A stretch of DNA of 64,000 nt from Nageia nagi (GCA_050084985.1 JBITNC010000002.1:11222001-11286000); one strand, 5' to 3'. Shown: positions 14,030 through 27,830, numbered from the stretch's first letter. Numbers and translations are program-made. Notes: generated by a model from the sequence alone, not told the origin.

Positions 14030-15330
14030 GCCACTCTACTCTTGGAAATTTCGAAAAAAAACATGATTTTTGACCCTCGAAAAGTTAGGGGGGAGTTTTG
14101 CAAGTTTTCCCTCAGTAAATTTCGAAAAATCACCTATTCCCTTCAAAACTTGTGCCTACCTTTTGGGAAGCCCAAATTGATCCGAAATGGCAATTTTTGA
14201 GCTCGGGAGTGTGAGGATCGCGATTCTACATCAAATTAGTATTTCAAGTTCGCGATTTCGACAAGTTTTGCTCAACCGAAAGTGAGAAAAAAGGAAAATG
14301 AGCAAAAGGGCAGCCAATGAGAATGCTCCAAGATTTCCAAAATTCCCAAAAGTGTCAAAATGAAAATTTAAGAGTGAGGTAGGGTGGCAAATCAAAAATT
14401 AGGCACCTTTCCTCTTGGAATTTTCGAAATTAAGCAAATTTTGATCATCCTAAAGCTAGGCGCTGGTTTTGCCTTGATTCCCTCAAATTCCAAAATTTGA
14501 AAAATGGCCTAAATGCCTCAAAACCTGCGCCTACCCTTCTTGAGCCCCAAATTTGAAAAAAATTGGAAATTTTGACCTTCAAGGGGTATAGGATGGGATT
14601 CCACATAAGATTGATGAGAGTTTTTCAAAAAAATGAAATCTACCTCCTAAAATCATCAAATTTCGATTGACCAATGAGAGGGCTCCAAATTTTCTCAAAA
14701 TTTTTCAAAATTGGTCAAATCAAAAAAAGAAAGTCAGGTAGGGTGCAAAATTCAAAGGAGATCAAAATTGCCTCTTGCAATGTTGCAAAAAAATAAAGTT
14801 TAACCCCTCAAAAAGCTAGGCAGCAGTTTTGGCTTGTTTCCCCCATTTTCTAAATTTCCAAAAACATGCCAAAGCCTCTAAAACCTGCGCCTATCTTCCA
14901 TGCCCTCATTTTTGCTCAAAAATAAAAAAAATTGATCCTAGAAGCATTGGAAATCCAATTTTGCATCTCTTTTATGTTTCAAGTTTTTGGAAAAAATTGA
15001 TCTACTCCCTCAAAATCCCAAAATTTGGATCAGCCAATGGGAGAGGCTCCAAAATTTTCCAAGAAATTTCAAAAAATCCCAAAAACAAAATTGGAAAGAA
15101 AGGTAGGGTTTAAAATCCAAATGCAAGCATCTTTGCCTCTTGCAAATTTGCTCAAAAACTAATTTTTGCTCCCCTAGAAGGTAGGCGCTGGTTTTGCAAG
15201 TTATCCCCCATTTTTTTCATTTTTCAAAACTTGCCTAAACATACTAAAACCTTCGCCTAGCCTCCTTGGTCCCTAAAAGTGACCAAAATTGTAAATTTTC
15301 ACTTCTATGAGGTAGGTGGTGTGATTCTAC
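14030..15330 (+). repeat. Tandem array of four ~360-375 bp units, each with a 15-bp inverted-repeat pair
   Basis: Units begin ctcttg(g/c)aa at ~14039, 14412, 14772 and 15137. Arms TAGGCGCTGGTTTTG (14457-14471) and CAAAACCTGCGCCTA (14519-14533) have equivalents in the other units. CCAATG.GA..GCTCCAA and GGTAGGGT also recur. Confidence 0.85.
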
Positions 15331-15701
15331 ACCATTTTGACCTATCATTTGTGCAATTTGGCTCACACAAACTCCTAAAAACCACCTTTTTGCATCCAAA
15401 AAGAATCTAAGGGCTGAGTAAACTCAAAAAATTTAGATTTTCCTTCTAAAATCTCAAAATTCAAAATCCAAATCTGAATCATGGAGGTTGTAGAGCATTC
15501 CAACACCATCATCTTTGCTTCCAAGACCTCCCCCATTGCACCAAATCTGCTTCTTCCCCATCTAGTTGCAGGTTTTGACTTTTTTCCAAGATTTCTCATG
15601 ATTTCCAATGTTGGGTTTGAGAGAGAATAGTCCAAAGTGCAAGTGTTGAGCTCTAGAGTTGATGTGGAAGTGACATGTGGCACTTTTAACCCCCCTAGGT
15701 G

Positions 15702-15710
15702 TATAAATAC
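15702..15710 (+). promoter_or_regulatory. Candidate TATA box (TATAAATAC) for the G1 ORF
   Basis: Lies between the array and the ORF. The identical 9-mer occupies the equivalent position in G2 (62033-62041, minus). Confidence 0.5.
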
Positions 15711-16557
15711 GACCATACCCCCTCCATTTTGCTCACCTCTCATTTTTCATCCTTATGCTGCCCAAATTTTTGAGAATTTGAGAACCAAGTGAGAAAAGAA
15801 GCCATTTTTCTAGCCTTGGAGGATTTTTCAAACACTTAGCATCTTGGCCATTTACCCAAACTCCATTGAAATTCGAAATCCAAGCATCCTCCATGCACAT
15901 GAACTCCATTTTTTCCATGTTTTGAGGATTTTTTCACAAAACCCCTTTTTCAAACCCTCAAACACTTGAAAATTTATTTTTTCAGATTTCAAGTTTGATC
16001 AATTTTTTTTGGATATTATCCATGTGATCAACCTTTATTTCCAGCTAAAAACCATAAAAAAATTCATAAGATCCAAGATCTGAGTGCTCAAAATCCTCAT
16101 TTCTTAAAAAAAATTCAAAAAAATCCAAAAAAATTTCAGAAAACCCCAAAAATTGTTTCTGAAGTCCGTTTTGGCCATTTCAAAGCCTGAAACACCTTCC
16201 CCATTCATTCCCCATCCATCTAAAGGTGTCAGAACTTGATTCCAACACCATTTGCCAATTTTGCCAAATTTCACCACTTTTTCCTGTTGAAAAAGAAAAC
16301 TTTTTGAGAAAAACTTCAAAATTCTCCAATCATACTAATTTTTTGCCAAGGCATTCCCCTTTGAGGCAGCTACCTTTGTGTCATCTTAAACTCACCCAAA
16401 AGGCCTTGAAAATTGCAAATTACAACACTTTTCGATGATGGCACACTAAAACGCCAAAAAAAATCCAAATTCTTCAGAAACCCGTCTTTGCCTACCTACA
16501 AAGTGCCATAAGCTTCCCAGGACTCTTCTAACTCTTGTCCTCTTAGAAAGGGACACA

Positions 16558-19500
16558 ATGGCGTTAGTTGCTCAGAACATCAAAGACCAAAAGCAGAGAA
16601 GGCTCACAATGGACAGTCTCATCATGCTCGAACACACAACAAAGCCAGTGATGCCTGCCGCAAGAATCATAGACCAACTAAGTGAGATTGGGGACACAAA
16701 TTGTAAGTCTCTCAATCCAATAAAAACTATAATGAAAATCCAAGCATTGGATCCAGCTTCGCTAGTAAAGGACACTTTGAAAACCTCTTTCCTAGTAACA
16801 GCTTCTATGGTGCCATTTGCCACCCCCTTCCCTGAGCTATGTTACGAGTTAGGAAAGCATTGTGATATTACAAATCGAAGACTCCTCGACAAAAGGACCA
16901 AAGTAATCATGGACTTCACTGAGGAAGGAATAGAGAGCGCTTTCGCTTGGAAAAACGAAGGCCAATCATACAGCATATAGGACTCCTTAAGGTTCTACAA
17001 AAGTCTAAAGCCCCCAGCTTATTTGATTAGAGATTTGTTGGCTGATGACCGCAAGCATCTCACAGGGAGAGCCTTAGCAACGCCAAACAAAGGAGACTTC
17101 TATCCAATAGTCTCCATACTAATATTAATGCTTTCTAGGGTAACCAGACCAAAAGACGACACCAAATTCTGGTTGGAATTTGCAAGGTTTATAAAGCCAA
17201 TCAGCATTGTTAGAGGTGTAAGGTGGAGTAGAGTAATTAGCAATTGCCTAGCTCAACAACTGAAAAATGTCCAGAAGAGCAAAAAATTCTATATGAATTC
17301 CTACTTGGTTTATCTACTCCTTCAAAGTAGGGAGAGGGTGACCTCAATCGCCAATACTAAGTATCTATATGACCCCACACACCTAGTGTGGGAAAACTAC
17401 CCGTTGTTCTTTGTTCATAACAAGTGGAGCGATGGAAATTAGAAGATGATGACCAACGGTTTTGAAGGCAAAATTTACGAGGAGATCATGGGCAGAGCCA
17501 ATGTACTTAGAATATCAAATGAGGCTATTGCTGCTATCAAAGGACATGAGGACTTCTTTGCAGAAGACATAGAGTTCACCTACCTTAGGGTCTATGGATC
17601 CAAAAAAGCCCCTTATAGGCTACCCCGTTACGCAAGTGATCGCATCATCCTTATGGAATTTTCAAGACACTTGCTAAACGTACACAAGGTATGGCTAAAG
17701 AAGGCGGCGACCACTTACCAATTGCCTATCGTCATTAGGAATTATGAGTGCACCACCTGATGACAGATTGAAAATATTAAACAAGAGTTGGCGTTGTATG
17801 AATTCCTGACCGAAGTAGCTGCGAATCATTATGATCCCGATGGAGTGATTGATGCATTCTTCCAAAAGTCTTGGAGCTCCTCATATCCACACTAGTCCCT
17901 TAGTAGCATCGAGAGGTACAGGAACATTCAAGATGCCTTGCAGGTTCAACGAATTCATAAGGAGCTGAAAAAAGAACAAAAACAACATGAAGCCAAAGAA
18001 GTCACCAAGTTAAGAGCCAATGCACAAGTCACCGCACCCCCGAGCCACGAATATGTTATTCCCATAATATCCCCTTCAGTAACCCTGGCTCAAGGACAAA
18101 ACGGGCAGTATGCTACCAATAGCATCCCCGAACAAACCATTGAAACAACTGTCACATGTACGAGGAATGAAATCCTAGACCTCAGACAAGCAGGCCTGAT
18201 CTCTCAACCATTCAAACACTTGCAGAAAAAGATAAATCTCCCACAAGGTTTGAACTGGAGTGGTATGCGCCTGAATCAAAAACCCTGCACATCATCATCC
18301 AGTTCCGATAAATATGGATCGAGTGACTCGTCAGGACTGATGAAGAGATGGAATTTGCTGCAGTCATCAACACCAACATGGAGATAAACCAAGATACTGC
18401 CTTTGAGCGGGTCCACACTGATCTTTCAATAGATATCCTTAGCGAAGGCAATCCCTAAGTCGATATGATTGTAAAACAAGCAGTAGGAGCAAGTATCCCA
18501 AAACCCGCTCCTTGGAAACAGGCGTCGCAAACACCACCATCTCGGAGGACCAAAACAACATCAACTCAAAAGGGTACTTCAAGACCCAAAATGAGGAAGA
18601 AAATGAAGAACAAAGGAGAAAAAGAAGAAAAGTAGAGCATGACGTCGAGATCATCGAAGACGGAGAGATGGTTACCTTCATAAAACAACCTATGGAACCC
18701 CGCTTCGACATGGCTGCAATGATGGCCAATTTGACTTCAAATCATCCTTGCGAAGAAGATTCCGAAGATGAAAATGAGGAACTTCAGCAGATTGATACTC
18801 TTATCACCATTGTAGGAAAAGTCACCTATAAGGACAATCTCTACTCAAGGAAAAACAAGGTTGGTACCGGAAAGTTTGCCCTCACCGTCAAGACCAAAGA
18901 GGCCCCTACAGAGATTGTTGGCCCATTGGGAATGGAGCACAACATCATCACAAATGCATGGGCATTGAGGGAATCTAGTACTATTGAAGTTAGAGAACCG
19001 AGAGCTGAAGAAGATAGTGGCGAGGCAGGAAATGATCGACAAAGAAGTCAGGGCTGCTAATTTGACAGTTGAAGTCATCAAAAAGCAAGTTAACTTAAAT
19101 ACTAGAATCACCACCCTAAAACAAGGATGGACAAAGAAACTTATTGAGGCCATCAAAGCACTCCACTCAAGCATGGTAAATTTTTATATTGGTAAATTTT
19201 TATTTTGAGGAGGGGTCGCATTCTTAGGCAGAGAAAATAGACTAGTTGATCATTAGATGGAAGAATGGGTGCCCTACAATGCTAGACCTACGGAGAAGGG
19301 CCACCCATCATCCTTTCGTGCTAGATTTTTCCATAGATTGGTTCCAACTATACGATTACTTGTTCTATATCAAAGCCAAGTCCATCGACTTCATATACAC
19401 TAGAACCCAACTTAAAGCCGTCATCAGTAAACAGGCGAAGGAATTCGAATCCTAGGTACCCTTGTTTGAGGAAAACGGTAGCATTAAGGAGTATATGACA

Positions 19501-19773
19501 ATGATCCATGCCACTATCACAGAGCAGATATGTTTTGAGGATCCACACAGCCTGAAAACAGGAAAATAGATGACAGGAGGGATGAGATTGGCTGATTGGA
19601 GCAAGGAAATGGTCAAAACCAATAAGGCCATCCTGGAGCACTTACTATCAAACGAAGGAGCTCTCCAGGCAATCCACCATGCCATCAAGAACATAGAAGT
19701 GTTCATGGGAGATGATTTTGAAGCCAAAATCACCACAAACATGGAAGTCATCTTCCCACAATCACTAGAATAG
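16558..19773 (+). pseudogene. Decayed ~1,070-codon ORF of unknown function inside G1 (helical N-terminal domain, charged linker, coiled-coil C-terminus)
   Basis: ORF pieces 16558-16980, 17023-17442, 17446-17760, 17938-, 18512-, 18984-, 19246- and 19570-19773 are broken by point stops and frameshifts, and align colinearly with the G2 ORF. Confidence 0.8.
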
Positions 19774-22700
19774 AAAGGGGTCTATTTTGGCAAGTTTTTG
19801 ATACGTAAGCCAAATATTTGGCCAACTTAGTGGATTTCCACTAAGTCCAATTGTAATCTCTATTTAGCATTTTTAATTAACTTTTAATTTTGCAATTAGG
19901 TTTAGGGTTTTGAAACTCATTTCTAGGGTTTCAAAAGCCACTTTTAGGGTTTCCAAACTCTAAGTAAGAGACCAAGGGTCTTATTTTTGTAAGGACTTTA
20001 TTATGAAGTAAAACACTTCAAGCTTGAAAAGAAAACTTTTGTAAGAGAGTAGCAAATTGATGTATCCTTGCACAACTCTTTTTCAAATTAATACAAAGTG
20101 GTTAATGCAAAGACTTTAGTTTGAAACGTTTCACGTTGGTGTTATTGATTGATTCTTTTAGGGCACTCATAGTGGGTTTGTGTACTTTTGTTTTATTCCT
20201 TTAAAAGCTCACAAACGTTAGGGAAGTTATCTTTGAAAAACTTTAAAAAGTGCTTGAAGCCTACCTAGGCTTGTTGCTTGATCCTTAACATGCAAGTTGA
20301 TGGGTATTCTATGTCAAATTTCTACTTCTATGACATCTTAAATCCTTCATCCAAAACCGTAATCCATCCACATTGAAACTTTCCGTTTCTACCCATTTGA
20401 CATTCCTCCTTGCTCCTCTTTGAAGCAATTCGAACGTTAAGTTGTTTGCTTGCAAGGTTGGACGAATTGAATGAAGAGTCTTTAACCGATTTGGAAGAGA
20501 TCAACTCTTAGACACTTTCCTGTCAGTGAACCTCAACCTCATATCTGACCAAGTATCCCTTCTTTCTCCAAGGTGTCGTCCTTCACCTTTTACAATATTG
20601 CCTTTATGCTTTCTTTATGCTTTCATACCAAATATGATCGTTAAGTCCACACACAAAAGCTCCGAACAAACTCTATACATCAAAGAATAAAACATCGTTA
20701 GTTAACAGACTACATACCTCTCATTCCATTCCATTGAGACTAATTCTAAAGAGGGATACCGCAATTTTATTTATCTATCCCTATTTAAAAAACACACTTA
20801 ACAGACACACCTTACAACATAATATTGGGGCCACTAGGCGGGCTGTTTCTATAAAAGCCTTGGAGGTACACAATCCTTTTCAACCGGGGGAATTGGTAAC
20901 GCATTCCCAACTATGTTGCTTGGGATCTCCTAAGTTCCGCCTGCGATATTCAAAGTGTCCCACGTGGGAAAGAAAAGCATCCCAACACATATCTATTTAA
21001 TGAGGTTATTATTATTGGCTTTACCTCCTCATTGTATCATATTATTTGCCACATGCACAAATATGAGGACAACTTAAATCCCAAAAATAATTGTACTATC
21101 ATGTTTGGGCACACTCTTGCCAAGCTTTTTTCTGTCACAATCCATGACATAAGCTCTATATTGAGTTGAAAGAAGGTAATCTTAGAGAAAAAAGGGCAAG
21201 TGGGATTTAGGAATAATTATGATACCAATGACCTCACTTTTACTCTTCGAGCCATTATTGAGGAGGCTTGTCAATAGTTTTCTAGAGCCTTTTTGTTATT
21301 TTCTAGACTTTAAGAAGACCTTTGATACAATCCCCAAGCTCCTTTTCTAGCAATTATAGGATATTGGCATCTTCATGTTCCTTATCCTTTTAATCATGCA
21401 ACTTTATGAGGTGGTGGTTGGGATATTTTTGGACCATATTTGGATATTTTCATGGGAGGAGTCAAACAAGGGCCCCCTCTACCTCATACTTTTTGGGATT
21501 TATATTTATGAACTTCAAGATTTTATTTGCAAGCACTCTTGTACCGATGATAGTTCCTTATAGCACCATCCTCTAAGTCTTATATTGCTATGCGTTGATG
21601 ATGTGGTTCATCTTGTACAATTCCCTGAGGGCTTGCAGTGGTAATTAGATGCTTTCGCTCAATTTTATGGACTTTGCCAACCTGCAATCAACCTTAGCAA
21701 AACTAAAGTTTTGATCTTTACTATCTCCAAAAATGTTGTCTACAACTTCCAATTCCTATACCAAGGCAAGCCAATAAAAATCACGATGACCTACATGTAC
21801 CTAAGAGTTCAATTTACAAGTCAATTTGAAGCTCATTTCATAGCCATTGCTCAGTAAGGGATATGCTTCATTCATTACTTTGGAACGTCAATGTTTCTAG
21901 ATACATTATAGGAAATTCCTACAAAAATGTCTCTTTGATTATAGCACCAACCCCACAATCCTGTATGGTTACCATGTTTGAGGCATACCAACTAATCATG
22001 TATTTATCAAGTTCAAATCCTCCTCCAACATGTCATCCATTGTAAGAAGACAATTATGCAACATATTGATCAAACTAAGTTTTTTGTTGTTTAGCTTCCT
22101 CATATTAAGAGGGTCTTGAGGATTTTCATGGACTTTCATTCATAGGCTATTGCCCATTATAGAAAAAGATACCTTTCCTTACCTCTTTGCTCATCAAAGT
22201 GGGTTGTCTCCAAGAATCTATATGGACCATGTCACAGTTGTACTTGAAAGTTAGCTTTCATCATTACTTCATGGGTTCATCATTACTTCATGGGCATTTC
22301 TACAAATTAGTTTCTTCCTTTCAATACTTGCCGAAAATCCTCCTTGCATTTTGCTTGTTAGGAAGACAATCAATAAAAAGCAATCAGAGAAGATGTCTAT
22401 TAACAATACAGTCAAGTTACATGGATCTCACCACCCCAACCCCTTAGTCCCAAAATGGCTTTCTATGCTCATAATTTTTGCACAATTTTTTTACATATCA
22501 AGGATGGCATCATAACTCATCCTTAATTATACACGAATGCATGGGCTTATGACCTTTGTATCCCAATCAACCAATTTAGAATATACTCACACTTAGGTTA
22601 CATGAATCTCACAACCCCAACCCCTTAGCCCCAAAATGACTTTCTATGCCCTACGTTTTTTGCATATCAAGACTAGCATCATCATTCATCCAAATCATAC

Positions 22701-23839
22701 TCAGCAGCATTGGAATCATGGCCTAACTTCGAGTATCCTCCCACCAATTGTGAGTGGAAACAAACAGTCATAGTTTGAAAAATGATCGGATCTAGCACCT
22801 TTCTTCCCTTCAAAAATAGATATTGAGGATTATTTTATCTTATGATGTTCTATATACTATGAGATTTGAGAGTGGTATTGTTGCTTATTCAAAGATATAG
22901 GAGTATTACTTTTTGTCTTCTTCCTTTTCCCTGACCAAAGGTGCTTGGCTTTATAATTTAGGGAATTGAAAGCAAACCTTGCACAAGGTGTCAAAACCAT
23001 TAGATTACTTATCTCGTTCCTCCCTCCTATCTCAAGCAATGGGAGAACCAAATATCCTTTTGATGCCACTAACACTTAATATGTTGATAATGATAGATCT
23101 ATGAGACATCACGGGCCATCTTTCTCATCTTAATCACAAATTAGGCAGCTAATTAGCTTTGTCAAGCAACATCTAAGTATAGACCTAAGAGGTAGACAAC
23201 CTTTTAGCTAGCATGTACCTCAAAACAACCTCATTAGGGAAAGGATTATTGTCATCACAAACCTTCCAAGAAAAAACGACTCAATGGTAAACACCATTTG
23301 TGTTCCTTGCCATCAATAACTTCAAATGGTTCACACCCATGTCATAGACTTATGGGATGCAACAAGATTATTCTTAATACCTTTGGGTCTAATGAAATAT
23401 TTGGTGAAAACAATTCACCAATCATAGATTCCATACTCATAAAGGTATGATGCTCATTCTCACCATCTCTAGCTGGATTTCATCACTACCAAGACATTTT
23501 CCTTTGTAACTACCATTTTCCTCTGTAACTACCATTTTCCTTTTTAAAAACCCTTTAGCTACCCTAGGCCTTTGAATTACTTTTCCAATAAATCAATGTT
23601 TGAAAATTATTTTTAAACACCGTTTTGGCTGCACTAGGCCTTTGAGTTTGAATTACTTTTCCCCATTCCATTTGCTAGCAGAATTTTTTCAAAACCCTTA
23701 ACATATGAAACATTAATTTTTACAATTTGATAAAGAGGGAATAAGTTGGACATTTAAATGCTATTGTAGACAATTAATTTGCATTTTTTCCATTTAAATA
23801 TATTTTATTTAAGTGTTTTAATTGATTTAAATAAAGTGT

Positions 23840-26800
23840 TATAATGTCCCCAATTTTGAGAAACCTTGTTACAGGCATACCTTCCATCATATGTCTTGAA
23901 TCACTGATTTGTCTTTTGGAAAGGAGGGAGAATCTTCTGCCAATGGTTTTGACAGGACATGGTTCCATCAAGAAACGAGGAAGATATAGACTTTTGAAGT
24001 TCACCCAAGAAACCATGATTCTACTATCACGGCCAGGGAAAAGTCAGCTAGGAGAAAGTTATTTTATACCAAGTCGGCTAGGAGTTTAATTATTGGTAAT
24101 TTCAAGGTAAAAGCACCTATAAAATGAGGAAAGATTCACCACTTGAAGAACATCATAATTTGACATTTGATCTCGAATCATCTCGGAGATGGGGATGGTC
24201 CCCTCTCTTCCTTCTATGGTCTAGGGCCGCTTCCTATCGTAGAAGTGGCACATTCGCAATTACATATACTTGGAGAGTTTGCACCAACATTGGAGGACCT
24301 TCTAGCCCTAGCGCTAGACCTTGGGAGCTATCTAGAGACTTGCACCAACCATTCTTGCTACTTGGAGACTTGCACCAACCATTAGGAGTCTTTGTTGTGC
24401 ATTTTTGGCAAGGTTGTCATGGATTGAGGGACAGGGGGTTAGGGATACAAGGTGACAAGTCCCCATTGACAATAGGGGACGACGACCCAATTTTAGGGAA
24501 CGCAAGGGGGACGACAAGTGCATATATACTAAAAACCCCCTAGAATTTCCAGATTTAATAAAATTAGATATTAGATATAGTTTCAATGTTTCAGGGGACG
24601 ACAAGTGCATATATACTAAAAACCCCTTAGAATTTCCAGATTTAATAAAATTAGATATTAGATATAGTTTCAATGTTTCATTCATCATTAGCATTCGTGA
24701 TTCATCAATGGGCCAATTCAAATACTTTGAAAATGAAAATTTGTAACTACTAACATACTAATAAGTAACATGTAACATGATTATAAAATGAAAATCATAA
24801 ATCTGAATCATAAATGATAAATAAGAATGAGCCATAAATATAGTCTAATAATCATAGTCAACAATGAATAATCATAATGCCATTAAGTTTGAATATGTTA
24901 AGGCCCAAAAACATAGTCTTGCATGAATATGTCAAATAAGTAAAAAATGACAAATAAGTGTAAATGACAAAATAATTGCAATGTGAATATAAAGGCATGT
25001 TTTTAGAGTTGGAGGGGTGGAGACCCTTATGGGATGCCCCCCACGCACCCCCACCCCCCTTAAGGTTTATGAAAAAAAATAAAAAAGTTGAGATTTTTTT
25101 TGTGTGCAAGATGGGGGGGGATGACCAGCCATCCCCATTTCAAAATTTTAATAGGAAATGTCCCTAGGACCTAGGAAATCATCCCGAGGATGTCCCCTCT
25201 ATACGCCCTAAAAAGGGGACGATAGGGAAACATCCCCTGAGGCATCCCCCAGTCGTAGGGACGTAAGGGAAAAGGAAACGAGGAAAAAAAGGGGGGATGC
25301 GTCCCTTGATAATATTGCTTTTTGGAGTCTTGGGCTTTGCCCTAGAACTCGTTACAGGTTTGTTATAGCCCTATACTTATTCTTGGTTATTATTCATGAT
25401 ATTTGGCTCTCATATTGCTCATTGAATGTGAATGAATGTTCTTCTACTACTGCTGTACTATTATCATTTGTTGTGCATGGGAATGTATGCGGATTAGAGT
25501 GTTTTGGATGCATATTACTGTTATGTTAAAGATCTGCAAATGTGTCTTAGTTTGGTTGGTTTCACATGTTGTATGAGCTTCTTCACTGCTATATATCAGA
25601 TCTTGTTACGGTTATAATATTTCAGTATTGAGAGCATTATTGGATGGTGAATGAGAGTTTACTATTGTGCCCTGATTTGTGAATAAATGTGAAATTGGTT
25701 GAGTAATTGTGCATGTTTAGTATAAACCCTAGAAGGGCACATTACAAGTGTGAATTCTAGACCCACTTGGGGTTATTTTTAAATATCTTAATTAATTTCT
25801 TCTAATTTAGCATTATCTTTTTACATATTATTCTAAATTGCCTCCACCTAGGTGACATCAAATCAAATTTGTGAATCCCATATAGAGCACTCCCAAGGGC
25901 TCATTGCAAATATGATGGAAGAAAGACACGAAGAATAGTCATAAGCAATATTTTTTTTTGCATCTTTTCTTCTATACTTGTGGACACATCATCTAGATTA
26001 TCAAGCATAGGAAAAGGAGCAAAAACTAGGTCAAACAAGTGTTAAGGCTAGAAAGCTTGCATTCCAACACCTAGACCCAAAACGGCCAACATTCTAGCAC
26101 CCAAGCTCAAAATGCCCAATGCTCTTGCACCTCATGCCAAAATTTCAATCTCAAACCTAGACAATCCTCACATTTGAACTAGTTCGTTCTAGATCATTTG
26201 CATATAAATTTCAATATCATCTTTGGCAAGATATCTTCAAAATCATCATTCCTAGAATAATCAGGATCAACTACAACTAGGGTTTTCCCTCCAAAAACAC
26301 AAATTGTCTGCCAACAAGCTCAAAATCCCTCACAATCTTGCATATCATCTTATCCATTTGCAAAATCATAATTGCTAGATCTCTATATTGTAGTTTAGCT
26401 ATTAATTTATTTTCCATAGTAAATCTTAATAATTGTATTTATTTTAATATATTGTTTATGAACTCGACTGTCTTTTATTGTTCAAAACCTAAGGTTTTTG
26501 GTGAACCTAATGCTAAAAATGTTTTTGACCAAAACCTTAGAAATGTGTCAATATTTTTATTATATGCAATGAACCCCACCTACTTTGAAATCTATGACCA
26601 AACCCTAAGTTTTTGGTAAGACTAAAAACCCTTATGAAAATCATCTAAAATCCAAAAGAAACATACATTATCCAATGCTTTATCAAAACCTTGGATTTAA
26701 TCTTAGGTCATCATGGCTTCATATTGAAATAATACAACTTTGATCAAACAATTTTTTCAAGAAAATGGTATGGAAGAGGAATACCTACTTTTATTTCAAC

Positions 26801-27830
26801 ATATACATAATAGCCATGAGCGATAACAACCAAAATAATTAGAATGTTAAAGGGCTACCTCCATCCACTGAAGGGTGTAAGTAGATTCAAAAACATTAGA
26901 ATTGAGAAAATTATTGGATTAAACTATGGCTAATATAAAATCTATGAAATGACAAAGTGATAGACATTACTCTTACTTTATAAATTCAAAGTACCCCTCT
27001 TCCACATGATTACATATCTCCAATATTTGAAATTTTTAATGGAGGAGATCCAAGACAACATTTATTTCTATTTCAAGAAGAATGTAGTCTAAAATTTGGT
27101 GAGAAAGATAACATAATGTCTAGATTATTCCTAAAGAGTTTTAAAGTTTGAAGCATTTGATTCTTTTCAAAACTTGCTCCATGATCTCTCAACAATTTTG
27201 AAAAGTTACTAGAGTCATTTATCAATCAGTAAATATATAACATCAAGAAACCACCTACATTAACAAATATCAATGAAATTCAGCAAGGACCTAGTGAGAA
27301 GCTTGAAAAATATATTCCTAGGTTTAAAAACCTATGGCAAAGTATCCACACTCCAATAGACGAATTATATGTCAAAGAGATCCTTGAAAATTTCTTGATT
27401 AAAAATGTAATGCCATATGTATATGACAATATGAGTTCATCTTTTAGGTGTTTGACTCAAATAATGATCACAAAAAAAAAAAGTCTTAAGGTAGAAATAA
27501 CCAAATATGGAAACCCTAGTAGAGATTAGAATAGAAAGTCATATCCAACAAAGAATGAAGATAATAACATAGTGAATGTGGTTGAATGTAATAATCAACT
27601 AATAAGGTCTCAAACTGAAAGACTGGATAACCATTTTTTCTCTCTACAACCACAAATAATTCTTAAATAACCTATTACAAAAATAATTGATCACATTACC
27701 TACAAAAAGGTCTTAAGATGAGGAAAAATCATATTGTGCATCAAACTAAAGGCCATACCACAAACCAATGTTGGAAACTCAAAAATGAAATCAATGATTG
27801 ATCAATGAAAGAATTTATGTTTGCCTAACT
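23840..27830 (+). mobile_element. Truncated Ty3/Gypsy element: LTR 23840-25746 plus decayed gag ~26960-27830
   Basis: LTR ends T(A)TAATGTCCC...GGGCACATTACA. Gag motifs FNGGDPRQHL, IQQGPSEKLEKYIPRF (major homology region-like) and HQTKGHTTNQCWKLKNEI (Tat/Athila-type knuckle). Confidence 0.7.
24409..25317. mobile_element. hAT-type MITE (909 bp) inserted in the Gypsy LTR
   Basis: 8-bp TSD ATTTTTGG / CTTTTTGG, imperfect TIR CAAGGTTGTCA / CAATATTATCA, subterminal GGGAC/GTCCC motifs, and an internal ~88-bp direct duplication at ~24507-24680. Confidence 0.7.

Larger units (their letters stand above)
13055..20987 (+). mobile_element. Giant ORF-bearing TG..CA element G1 (7,933 bp), probable giant solo LTR
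   Basis: Starts TGTTGTG and ends CCCAACA, with perfect TSD CATAT (13050-13054 / 20988-20992). No internal LTR pair and no gag/pol. Both termini are homologous to element G2. Confidence 0.85.
12960..23000 (+). mobile_element. Degenerate RTE-type LINE ORF2, split by the 7.9 kb element at 13055-20987
   Basis: After removing the insert, decayed RT motifs are readable: HK.EDNLNPKNNCTIMFGHTLAKLF, QVGFR, FLDFKKTFDTIP, GVKQG, VDDVV, INLSKTKVLIF. Outer limits approximate. Confidence 0.65.

Noticed and set aside
16558-19773. Host gene nested in the intron; identical 3,216-nt span of the G1 and G2 ORFs as a meaningful signal
   Set aside because: The ORF lies within TSD-bounded element ends and has several stops and frameshifts. 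The exact length match depends on my choice of start codons and on indels, so only the approximate similarity is meaningful.
13055-20987. G1 as a complete LTR retrotransposon, LARD or TRIM with two LTRs
   Set aside because: The 5' terminal sequence is not repeated near the 3' end, and no PBS or PPT was seen inside.
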